From a virus: 64,000 nt of DNA. Made by a program: the position numbers and the translations under genes. This document shows positions 9,523-17,920 of the stretch, one piece after another (position 1 is the first letter of the stretch; each line of letters starts with the position of its first letter). The stretch is from positions 1-64,000 of IMG/VR virus record IMGVR_UViG_3300037459_000226; one strand, written 5' to 3'. Under the pieces are notes generated by a model, which saw nothing but the letters and a program-made list of their open reading frames with translations, made no database searches and was not told the origin of the DNA.

Positions 9523-9808
9523 CAGACGGGGATTCCTGACGGCCCTTGTGGCCGCTCCACTGGCCGTTGCGGTCGGCGTCAAGCTACCGGTGGCACCGAT
9601 TGCCGACGGGTTGTACCCCGGCTTCTTTGGCCCGAAGCTCGCATACGACCCGGACCTCTGGCCGATGGGAGATTCGGACGTCTGGTATGACCCCTACGAC
9701 TTTAGCGAACCGATTCTGCTGGACGTCGAGCCGTGCAACGGGGAATGGCTCGCCACAATTGAGTCCAGCGGCGTCCTCAAGGAGCTGATGAATGCCGGCC
9801 TCACGTAG
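9512..9808 (+). CDS. Tat-signal protein carrying an MCP-like segment (aa 180-245)
   Basis: TDRRGFL plus hydrophobic stretch; DGLYPGF..LWPMG..D..YDFSEPILL vs MCP EGTYAGL..IWPDG..D..FDFWTPIIV. Confidence 0.7.
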   Translation: MPTDRRGFLTALVAAPLAVAVGVKLPVAPIADGLYPGFFGPKLAYDPDLWPMGDSDVWYDPYDFSEPILLDVEPCNGEWLATIESSGVLKELMNAGLT

Positions 9809-10055
9809 AGACTTCCTGAGAGCAACGGTCTTCGGGCCTATCGCCGCTGCGGTGGGGATCAAGCTGGCTCCGGCGGGCCGGGTGTTCCAGAAGGTATTGA
9901 AGTTGCAGGCCATGACGGCCTCAACCGCCGGCGTCGGGCGTCAGTCGGCACCGTTGACGGTGGCCGAAGTGGAGCGAGCGTTTTCCTTGAATCCCGGCGT
10001 CTTTCGCCTGAAGTATCACGGCGAATTCACGTTCCCCAAGCCGGATCGCATCTGA
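9792..10055 (+). CDS. Tat-signal small protein
   Basis: SRRDFLR plus h-region; AGGAG RBS; shares FSLNP with the 9310 product. Confidence 0.7.
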   Translation: MPASRRDFLRATVFGPIAAAVGIKLAPAGRVFQKVLKLQAMTASTAGVGRQSAPLTVAEVERAFSLNPGVFRLKYHGEFTFPKPDRI

Positions 10056-10294
10056 TGCCTGAAATCAGCCGACGCGGCCTGTTCCGAGCCTTGATCGCGG
10101 CCCCGATTGCGGTGGCTGTCGGGAAACCGCTGCTGGCGACTGGCGACTGGCCGGTCAAGTGGACCGTCGGGAAAGTGACCAGGGTCGCCAATCTGTCGAG
10201 AGAAGAAATCTGCGCGCTGTATGAACAGAAGATCGACAGAATCGTGGCGAGCATGCAGTCATGCTTCAATCAGGATTTCACCGATCAGTCTTGA
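10055..10294 (+). CDS. Tat-signal protein carrying MCP-like segments (aa 57-60 and 107-137)
   Basis: SRRGLFR plus h-region; DWPV; ANLSREEI..RIVASMQ vs MCP ANRGPEAI..RLTGSMQ. Confidence 0.7.
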   Translation: MPEISRRGLFRALIAAPIAVAVGKPLLATGDWPVKWTVGKVTRVANLSREEICALYEQKIDRIVASMQSCFNQDFTDQS

Positions 10295-10309
10295 CAGGAC
10301 GCCGCCCTG

Positions 10310-10513
10310 ATGACCGACCGTCGTTATGACTGTCCCAAGTCAATTCAACGCATGCTCGTCAGCCGCAGAGCCGAAGAAATCGTGAGGAGCCATCGGTTGC
10401 TCCATTTGCTCCAGGCGAAGGGGCGAATCCAATTCTCGACCTGTAGCGACTCAACGCTCCGCGGGTTTGCCGGCGAGAAAGGTCTTGACAGGAAGCCGGC
10501 GGCGTCGCAATGA
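10310..10513 (+). CDS. Small protein resembling the MCP N-terminus (aa 7-50)
   Basis: YDCPKSIQRML..IVRSHRLLHLLQAKGRIQFS vs MCP YDPVAWQRPL..MVRNYQMGALLEATGRILKS. Confidence 0.65.
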   Translation: MTDRRYDCPKSIQRMLVSRRAEEIVRSHRLLHLLQAKGRIQFSTCSDSTLRGFAGEKGLDRKPAASQ

Positions 10514-10520
10514 TGCTTGA

Positions 10521-10598
10521 CGTCCCGTCAGACAACACAATCTAGCCGCCCATTTGGGTGAAAAAGACCGCATTCTCTGACGGGACGCGGTCTTTTTT
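10521..10598 (+). promoter_or_regulatory. Terminator/anti-terminator-type leader upstream of the HNH genes
   Basis: CGTCCCGTCAGA (10521-32) is complementary to TCTGACGGGACG (10576-87), which lies in the loop of hairpin AAAAAGACCGC/GCGGTCTTTTTT; TTGACA at 10485. Confidence 0.6.
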
Positions 10599-10615
10599 CA
10601 TGCGCGGGGCACAAT

Positions 10616-11098
10616 GTGTCGGCCAAGGCGAAGAAACCGAAGCGGCGGTCAAAAACTGCTGCCCAACTATGGCGAGAGCGTCATCGTCGGGTAATCAACA
10701 ACCTCGGACCGACCGACATGGTCGAGCGCCGCAGAACACTCTCGGATCTCGGCTTCGACAACTACCGCCATTTCCTGATGAGTGCAGGCTGGAAGGCCGT
10801 TCGGGAAACCATGCTGAATCGCTGGAGTCGAACCTGCAAAGGCTGTCGTCAACCGGCAATCCAAGTGTTTCCCCAGGATTACAGCACCGCCACATTGAGT
10901 GGGCAGCAACCGAATAAACTCGTCGTCTGCTGCAATCGCTGCCATTCCTTCATCTTTGGAAAACGCACTCGTTACAAAGTGAAAATCGACCACGAGTGGG
11001 GAATCCAGTTCTGTCGGTGTGGTGCGCTCGCTCCGTTTAAGAAGATTTTGTGTTCCAAATGTCGTCGGGAGGCTCGGCGTGTCTCAGAACTTCGTTAG
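10616..11098 (+). CDS. Degenerate HNH-endonuclease-like protein with C-terminal Zn finger
   Basis: Y..FL.S..W...R....CKGC..A.QV(FP instead of HH)..Y....CNRCH. Confidence 0.65.
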   Translation: MSAKAKKPKRRSKTAAQLWRERHRRVINNLGPTDMVERRRTLSDLGFDNYRHFLMSAGWKAVRETMLNRWSRTCKGCRQPAIQVFPQDYSTATLSGQQPNKLVVCCNRCHSFIFGKRTRYKVKIDHEWGIQFCRCGALAPFKKILCSKCRREARRVSELR

Positions 11099-11594
11099 CG
11101 GTCTGCTGAGCTACGAAAAATTTTTCCGAAGTCTCCGGAAGTTTTTCAAGCAGGAGGGGGTTTCTGAATCTCACGTTGCCGCTGTGATAGAGTGTCTGCC
11201 GAAGATCAGGGAGCAGATCCAAGCGGCAACAAATCTCAGTCGAAACCGCGTCGCTCGGATCAAATCGGAGGAGCGTTCCGAAGCAAGGCGTCGCCGGAAC
11301 ATCAAGCCGATCGCTTCCCAAACATTTGTTCATGGCATGGTGCCGTACCAGAGACGAAACAAGTTGTTGAGCGAGATGCGGTTCGGTTCATACGCGGAAT
11401 ACCTCGAATCGGATCTCTGGAAAGAAATCAGGAATCGCGTATTGATCCGCGACGGACTGAGATGTAGAGTCTGCGCGTCGGAAGCAACTCAGGTTCACCA
11501 TAAATCGTATGATCGTTGCGTACTGGCGGGGGAATCAATTGATCAGTTGATTTCGATCTGTGAAACGTGCCACGAGGCAATCGAGTTTGGGTAG
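11019..11594 (+). CDS. HNH endonuclease, 5' part (truncated by the inserted element)
   Basis: YAEYLESDLWKEIR..RDGLRCRVC..ATQVHHKSY..ICETCH; stop codon supplied by the element TIR; start uncertain. Confidence 0.8.
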   Translation: MVRSLRLRRFCVPNVVGRLGVSQNFVSGLLSYEKFFRSLRKFFKQEGVSESHVAAVIECLPKIREQIQAATNLSRNRVARIKSEERSEARRRRNIKPIASQTFVHGMVPYQRRNKLLSEMRFGSYAEYLESDLWKEIRNRVLIRDGLRCRVCASEATQVHHKSYDRCVLAGESIDQLISICETCHEAIEFG

Positions 11595-11919
11595 TGGGTG
11601 CGTTCTGTGTTGATCCAAGCGTTGCCCTTTGACGCGGCGGCCCGCGTGACCGGCACGCCGATTGCTGTTGAGCCGCGAATTCGTGAACACCACCTGAACC
11701 GCTCGCGCGAGGCCGGTGTCTGATTTGAAGCGCCTGCTTGCCAGCCGAAGATTTTGACTTCCGGCTTGCAGGCCCACCGCTCATCTGGCCACAATGGTAA
11801 AACCGGCTGAGATTGACGATTGTCACGATTTTTCCGATAGTCCCGCCCCACTTGGCGTGAGAGTCCGGTGGATGGCGACAAAACCCCTGACTGACTGAAC
11901 ATCACGGACATCGCATCAA

Positions 11920-12351
11920 ATGCCCATAAGGAAGAAACGCCCGAAGGGGAGGATCGTGAAAAAGGTCGTCAAAAAAAAGCGATCGGCGGCCGGCAACGGG
12001 CAGCCGAAACAAGATCCCGATTCAACCAGGGTTCCTCTTGAGTACACATTCAGCGAGAACATTGTCCCCGTGTATTCAAATGGATTTGTTGTTCGGTACG
12101 ATGCGGGAATGTTTCACCTCTTCTTTTTCAATAGCCGTGGCCCGATCATCCTTGAAACCGATAGTCCGAAAAAGCGACAGGAACAGATTGCGAAAGTCGA
12201 TGTGGTCAAATCCAACTGTGTGGCTCATCTTGTGGTGACTTTGGATCAGGCCCGAAAGGTCATCTCCGCGCTGACGAGGAATTACGAGAAGTTCGTACAG
12301 ACGTTACCGGATGATGTGCGAGTGGCGTTGGAATCCGGTGGAGATGAATAG
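11920..12351 (+). CDS. DUF3467-like protein (element passenger)
   Basis: PVYSNGFVV....FHLFF....VAHLVVTLDQARKVISALTRN pattern. Confidence 0.65.
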   Translation: MPIRKKRPKGRIVKKVVKKKRSAAGNGQPKQDPDSTRVPLEYTFSENIVPVYSNGFVVRYDAGMFHLFFFNSRGPIILETDSPKKRQEQIAKVDVVKSNCVAHLVVTLDQARKVISALTRNYEKFVQTLPDDVRVALESGGDE

Positions 12352-12990
12352 GTGAGACAAATGGAAAATACCATCAACATCTCAGGCAGGACAGATTCCG
12401 CGGGGGGACCGAGGGATGTGAATACGATAGGGCAGGTCGCGTCAACTGGCAGTTCTGTGGTTCCGGCGGGGCAAACCTCTTCAACTGCTGGTGTGTCCGT
12501 CGTCAAAACCCAACCGCGCGGCATCAGGTTAATGCGCGACGTTACGGCAGAGATCGTTGCCGACAGAATTATCGATTTCTGCAACGAGCACGGCGACTGG
12601 GTCACGAACCTCAAGCTTCAGAAGCTGTTGTACTACACACAGGCATGGTATTTGGCGCTGTATGATGGGCCACTTTTTGACGAACCGATCATTGCGACAC
12701 CTAATGGACCAATCCAAAAAGAGGTGCTTGTCCGGTATCAGCGCTACGGTCACGGACCGATCGACCAGCCCAGCGGTGGCCAAAAAGTTCCCAAGAAGCT
12801 TGACAGTCACATCGTCGATGTGATGGAAGCATACGGCCACCTCAGCGCATTCGATTTGGAGAATTTGTCGCGTGACGAGGAGCCGTGGAAACTTGCGCAA
12901 AACCGCGATGACGGAGAAAAAGTGATTTCCCAGGAGGTGATGAAGGCGTTCTATCGGATGCGACTCGATGAAAAGAGGGCGAAGAGGTAA
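12352..12990 (+). CDS. Panacea/SocA (DUF4065) antitoxin with N-terminal extension
   Basis: VTNLKLQKLLYYTQAW.L....PLFDEPI.A...GP, YG.LSA.DL..LS...EPW. Confidence 0.9.
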   Translation: MRQMENTINISGRTDSAGGPRDVNTIGQVASTGSSVVPAGQTSSTAGVSVVKTQPRGIRLMRDVTAEIVADRIIDFCNEHGDWVTNLKLQKLLYYTQAWYLALYDGPLFDEPIIATPNGPIQKEVLVRYQRYGHGPIDQPSGGQKVPKKLDSHIVDVMEAYGHLSAFDLENLSRDEEPWKLAQNRDDGEKVISQEVMKAFYRMRLDEKRAKR

Positions 12991-13186
12991 AGTCCCACCC
13001 TATCAGGTGGAGGAACGCGGCAAGGTGCCGCGAGCACAGGCCCCTCCAACCGACGTGGTGTTTTCATTCCGGTTTTTGGATACCACCAGCAATCCGAAGT
13101 TCTCTCTCGGCGATTGCGAGGATGGCTATTTTGAGATCTTGTTGGAGCGGTTGTTGAAGGAATCGGCCCGCGCTACCGCAGCTTAA
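12968..13186 (+). pseudogene. Truncated putative toxin partner of the Panacea antitoxin
   Basis: FSFRFLD...KF......YF..LLERL resembles the N-half of proteins found downstream of DUF4065; ends 3 bp before the right TIR. Confidence 0.5.
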
Positions 13187-13220
13187 ACATCAACACAGAA
13201 CGCACCCACTACCCGAGTTT

Positions 13221-13427
13221 GCGAATGGGAAAAAGGTGAGCTTCCACGAGACGGCGGAACGCCTCGAAGCCCGCTTAAATCAAATGGTCCGGAGGAACGG
13301 CCAGCGGAACGGCCGGCGGCGGAAATGTTCGGAGTGCCGGGCTGTTCGCGTAAACCGCAGGATCACCCCAAACTTCCCCGTGTGCCCGATGTGCACGCGA
13401 CAAGGTCTTTCAAGGAAATCTGCCTGA
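13221..13427 (+). pseudogene. Detached 3' part of the HNH gene (C-terminal Zn finger)
   Basis: Removing the element and one TSD restores the frame ...HEAIEF-ANGKKVSFHETAERL...CSEC..CPMC. Confidence 0.85.
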
Positions 13428-13698
13428 AAAGAAGACTAGCTCTCACCGGCGAGCATCAATCGGCCGGCCAAGGGGACAGGTCGCCAAGTCCCGTAAGCGA
13501 AGAAAAGCACACCAGCACATTGGCGATGGCAAGATGGGGGTCCCAACAGTTGTCCCCCCGATCTACCTGTGGCGATGGCCCTCCGCGCCCCGCAGCAAAG
13601 TATGTGTGCCGTTTCAACAAACAAGACTTGTCCGTGAGGATTGGCGTGCGACGGACGTAAAGCTCAACAAAGCGGCAAGGAAGTGGAGTGCACCGCTT

Positions 13699-14244
13699 AT
13701 GCCAGACCCACAGCCACTCTCCGAACACCCCAAGGTGCAATTCTTCAAGATCTCACCCGAGGGCTTGGGAACGATCGTCGTCGACCCGAGATACCGGCCC
13801 AACGGCGCCGATGGCCTGCTCGTGACCTGCCCAATCGGTTCGATCGTCAAGCTCCAGTTGGCGCACACGATTCAGCCTGGCACGTCGTTAATCTGGCGAG
13901 GATATGGCATTTGCAGGCGAACGACGCCGCGACTTGTGACACAGCAGCAGTACGATGCCGGCCCTATTGCAAAACCAGAGTCTCCGCTGTACGACGTGAC
14001 GGCCTTGTTCTGGCCCTGTGACCGTCGGCATCACCTCCAGATGACCCTCAATCTGATCACGGGAGTCGAGGTCGTCACGCGGTACGTTCCGCCGGTCGCC
14101 TGCACGGCCTGCGACTGGAACGGTTCTCGGCACCAAGCGAACATCGACCCGTGCAAATCGCCAGCAGAGGACCGGTGTCCGCTCTGCGGCGAGAAAGTCG
14201 TCATCTTTCACCTGTTTCCACCAGGACCAGCGAATGCCGGATAA
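13699..14244 (+). CDS. Hypothetical protein with C-terminal Zn ribbon
   Basis: GGAG RBS; CTAC..CPLC. Confidence 0.6.
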   Translation: MPDPQPLSEHPKVQFFKISPEGLGTIVVDPRYRPNGADGLLVTCPIGSIVKLQLAHTIQPGTSLIWRGYGICRRTTPRLVTQQQYDAGPIAKPESPLYDVTALFWPCDRRHHLQMTLNLITGVEVVTRYVPPVACTACDWNGSRHQANIDPCKSPAEDRCPLCGEKVVIFHLFPPGPANAG

Positions 14245-14704
14245 CCCCCAGAATCTCATCAACGGCGGCATCACATCCCAGGCAGTCATTACCCTTACGG
14301 CGTACGGTGACGGCCAGCACATCATCATGCTGCACGGCGACGGAACAGCGCTGAGCTGCTGTTCGCAGTTAGCCCAGATGCTGCAATCGGCGATCGACCT
14401 CGCGGGGGCCAGGATTCAGTTGGCACAGCCCCCCCTGCGGTACGCCGATACGAGTCAACCGCCGTTCGCGCAGCCTCAGCAAACGCCCATCGTCGAGCAT
14501 CCTCCCGTCCAGATGACGGAACCATCGCCAGAACCGGTCCCGGTGCCGCCTGCGGAGCGGGATTCGAATCTCCCAAACCCACCGCGTGAGCGCAAACCGA
14601 ACCCGATGGACCCGCCGGCGCCGCAAGTGGACGGTCCGTTCCCGGATGCGGTGGGCGCCGTAAACCGAGCATTCAACCAAGAGCATCCCGGACGCAGGCA
14701 GTAG
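14234..14704 (+). CDS. Pro-rich hypothetical protein
   Basis: Overlaps the upstream gene; AGGA RBS. Confidence 0.6.
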   Translation: MPDNPQNLINGGITSQAVITLTAYGDGQHIIMLHGDGTALSCCSQLAQMLQSAIDLAGARIQLAQPPLRYADTSQPPFAQPQQTPIVEHPPVQMTEPSPEPVPVPPAERDSNLPNPPRERKPNPMDPPAPQVDGPFPDAVGAVNRAFNQEHPGRRQ

Positions 14705-14758
14705 CCCCGCTAGCCACGTGGCAGCGGAACCCCACCCCTCCCGAAAGGAGAATAGACC

Positions 14759-15487
14759 GTGCTTGACGACGATTACACCAATTTGACGAAGTGGCTGATC
14801 AGTAATCCGGATGACAACCGCAGAGTCTCATTCAGCTTTTTAACAATGCAGCGGGATGTCCGGATTCAGATGGAGTGCGAAACGTTCGCCGGCGGCCACA
14901 TAACGTTCTCCGAACTCTGGCCGGCGAACGAGACGTCGCTTCAGCAGGGCCTCAACGTTATGCTCCAGCGGATCGTGGCGCTCTCGCAACCTGTTGTACA
15001 GGATGTGGACGAAACCCTCTTGGATCAGGCAGAGATAGCGCTTGATCCGCACTCCTACATTGACGGAAAGCTAACGCCGATTGATGCCATCATTCCCCCA
15101 TCTGAAGACCAGTTGTTCACTGTTTCGATCGCCGGCCGGACCTACGAGGTGACTGAGGAAGCGATTCGTTCTGTCGGACGGGAAATCGGCCTTCCGGGTG
15201 GCGAGGATCACGCGGTCCCAGACCCGCCTTTGACCGCCGAAGATGTGACCTCGGGGTACAGCGAAAACCGGCGCTCTGACCCGGTCGAACTCGCTTCGCT
15301 GCTCGGCGTCGAGATGCCGGCCGCTCCGTACCAGCCGCCAGCCGAACAGGCACCGTACACCGCACCGGCGCCACCTCCAGCGTTCGATCCGATCTACCTG
15401 GGATCCGAAACGCTAGACAGCCCCCCAGTGCCGCTTCAGTCTCCCGAACAGCGGATGCCTCCCGCCCCGCCAAAGCAACTGATTTGA
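14759..15487 (+). CDS. Acidic, Pro-rich hypothetical protein
   Basis: AAGGAG RBS before GTG. Confidence 0.65.
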   Translation: MLDDDYTNLTKWLISNPDDNRRVSFSFLTMQRDVRIQMECETFAGGHITFSELWPANETSLQQGLNVMLQRIVALSQPVVQDVDETLLDQAEIALDPHSYIDGKLTPIDAIIPPSEDQLFTVSIAGRTYEVTEEAIRSVGREIGLPGGEDHAVPDPPLTAEDVTSGYSENRRSDPVELASLLGVEMPAAPYQPPAEQAPYTAPAPPPAFDPIYLGSETLDSPPVPLQSPEQRMPPAPPKQLI

Positions 15488-15577
15488 GAGGAAACCGACA
15501 AACGTCCGGAAGAATCATTCTCGGCCGGCCTATCAGTCAGTAGGCAAGGTCCCCAGCTCGCAAACGAGGAGAATGAA

Positions 15578-15796
15578 ATGCCTGTTCCCAGCCTGATGCA
15601 GTTCACCCTTCTGGAGTCTGGTCTACTTTACGCAGTCCAGGCCAGTCAAATCGAGTCCGTCACGGCCCTGACTCGCGGCAGTGACCTGAAAGAAAACTGC
15701 ACAATTCGCACGAAATCCGGAGACGTAAAAAATGTGTTCACCCCCGCGGCGAGTGCCGTTCAAGAGGTCATAGACGCTCTCATGCCCGGCGGGTGA
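15578..15796 (+). CDS. Small hypothetical protein (FlbD-like pattern possible)
   Basis: GAGGAG RBS; AVQASQIESV....CTIRTKSG. Confidence 0.6.
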   Translation: MPVPSLMQFTLLESGLLYAVQASQIESVTALTRGSDLKENCTIRTKSGDVKNVFTPAASAVQEVIDALMPGG

Positions 15797-16847
15797 AGCC
15801 GCCCGGGAAAGCGATCGAGCCAGTCCCAAGTAGTGCGTCAACTTCGGGTTAGGGGTTGGAACGCGAAAAACAGCACGGTTTGGTGCTGTTTTTGGTGCAC
15901 GGGTTTGCTCGCTCGCAGGCTGCACAACAGCGAGCGGGAACTTGGGGCCTCGACAGGCAGTTGGCTCCTCACGGGGCGGTAGGTGAAGCCGACTTTCTCC
16001 CCCAGGACGAACAGGCCCGGGGCGCGCTAAACCGTTCGAGGCAAACGAGATGATCAAATACATCGGTGAAATCCAGCGGCTGCTGCAAGAGCAGTTCCCG
16101 GACACGTTCCCCCACATCCCAGATGGCATCTATCCGCTGAAGGTCTGCGGTGGGGTTGATCCTGCGTGACGAACTGAAGCTGGGGGAATCTGTAGGATGT
16201 GGAAAAAAAGTGTGAGAGGTATGTGAGCTTAGGGTGCGCGACCCAAAGGGGACGGCCACCCCCGTTCAGTTTCTCACCGTAAACGCATACCATGCCACGT
16301 CTTACGATCCACTGCTGTTGTACTTAATACTGTACACTACGTAATCTGTGTACTTTATGATGCACATGGGGGCTTAGGTAACACCAATGCATCCCCTCTA
16401 ACAGCGTGCCAACAAACTCCAAACAGGGAGTGAGCAGCCCATGACATGGATGACAGACAACCCGGTGAGGGTCGACGCTTCGCATCCTCAGTGCTCGGCA
16501 TGCGGGAGCACAACGGTGCTGATCAAGGATGATGTGAGGCGTTGCTGGGAGTGCGGTGCTGTCGTGGAAGTCCCGCCGGGATTCGCAAAGCCGGTCGAGC
16601 CGACGGTTCCTTGACGGTTGTTTCGCCGTTGTTTCCCCCCTGTTGAGACGGCGTCTGCCGGCCGTACGTCGTCGGTGAGGCGTTTCTTCCCCGTTGGTCG
16701 AGTGATAGGGCATTCCCGCGGCTCGGTGGACGTTGAGAGCGGTCCGGCTGTTCGCGTCGTGCCGATACTTTCCGCTATTCTCCTGCCATTCCGGCCGTAA
16801 TCGTCACATTGTTGGTGTTCGGCACAACATTCTCACCCTAATAGGTT

Positions 16848-16865
16848 GTAGGCTGTTAAGCCTAC
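16848..16865. promoter_or_regulatory. Palindromic operator-like site at the head of the early gene block
   Basis: GTAGGCT-gtta-AGCCTAC, 35 bp upstream of ATG 16901. Confidence 0.45.
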
Positions 16866-16900
16866 GTTGAACTGTTCTTTTCCCTCTGGAGCAAAACGCG

Positions 16901-17245
16901 ATGAAAACACAATTCCACGTCAACGTCGAAACGAACAACGGCAGCCATACGTCATCCGGGTCTACCCGATCAACACTCGCGGAAGCGCTGGCGGAGGCCT
17001 TCCAGATGTCAACGTACTACATTCTCAACTGCGGTTATCCGCGGCCGACCGTCAAGATCAGCGAAGTGTGCGACGTCTGTTCGGGTTTCGGTAAGGCTGC
17101 GCGTTGGCGCGGCTCTAAGCTACGGCCTGGAACGAAGCGCTGCCCGGAATGCAAGGGCCGACCGTCGCCCGCTCCGATTGAATTCGCGACAGAACTACAC
17201 GAAAACGTGGAATCCCTCGTGGGTGCGTTGGCCTATTCCGTCTGA
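16901..17245 (+). CDS. Early protein with DnaJ-type CxxCxGxG Zn finger
   Basis: CDVCSGFG..CPECKG; GGAG RBS. Confidence 0.7.
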   Translation: MKTQFHVNVETNNGSHTSSGSTRSTLAEALAEAFQMSTYYILNCGYPRPTVKISEVCDVCSGFGKAARWRGSKLRPGTKRCPECKGRPSPAPIEFATELHENVESLVGALAYSV

Positions 17246-17327
17246 ATCCCCCCGCCCCCGGCCGGAACGCAACGGCGCCGACTGGACCCGTGCGGATTCC
17301 CACTTTCCCCGATTGGAGGCAATTGCG

Positions 17328-17807
17328 ATGTCACAACCCGTATGGAAAGAGATTGCGAATCTCGGAGACGTAGACCCGATTGACCACGACGGTTATTTCG
17401 TGTTCGTCGATGAAACCGGGGTCTATCCCGCTGAAGCCGAACGGCTGGAATCGCCGCCGGATGATGGCGATATGTGGGACGATGAAACCGGAGATTATTC
17501 CAATTCCGCGAGATGGATCGTCCACCGTTTCAGTCTGGACCGATGCACGTTCACGGATGGCGTCCTGTCGGACAACAGGTTCCATCCAGATCATCCGGCG
17601 TGGTTTGCCGATGATCTGGAAAGCGCTGCCAGTTGTATGGATTTCGGCGAACCTGATTTGCGGACGGCGTTTTGCTCCGACGATCCAATTCGCCGTGCCA
17701 ACGCCTACCGGGCTGTCGGCGACTACCACGGCTTCGATAATCTCGACAGCTACCCCCTCACGCTTTCGCGGGATGAGGTCAAGTCGCGGTATCCACAATA
17801 CGTGTAA
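17328..17807 (+). CDS. Acidic early hypothetical protein
   Basis: GGAGG RBS before ATG 17328. Confidence 0.7.
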   Translation: MSQPVWKEIANLGDVDPIDHDGYFVFVDETGVYPAEAERLESPPDDGDMWDDETGDYSNSARWIVHRFSLDRCTFTDGVLSDNRFHPDHPAWFADDLESAASCMDFGEPDLRTAFCSDDPIRRANAYRAVGDYHGFDNLDSYPLTLSRDEVKSRYPQYV

Positions 17808-17920
17808 CAGACTCCCCCCCAGCTCCGCGGACCTCCCGCGGGGCGACGGGCGCGCCTGTAGACCCCGCCACAACCAGCGCAACGGGTGCCGCCAGAGTTT
17901 CCCCAACGGAGAAAAGAGCG

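Larger units (their letters stand above)
11590..13213. mobile_element. Non-autonomous transposable cassette with IS1-family-like ends
   Basis: Perfect 25-bp TIR GGTAGTGGGTGCGTTCTGTGTTGAT (11590-11614 and 13189-13213); 8-bp TSD CGAGTTTG (11582-89, 13214-21); no transposase inside. Confidence 0.92.

Noticed and set aside
11700-11795. tRNA (including tRNA-Sec) suggested by TTCAAATC on the minus strand
   Set aside because: No T stem or cloverleaf can be built
13436-13698. Non-coding gap as an ncRNA
   Set aside because: Only short stems (GGGGG/CCCCCC); not enough support without covariation data
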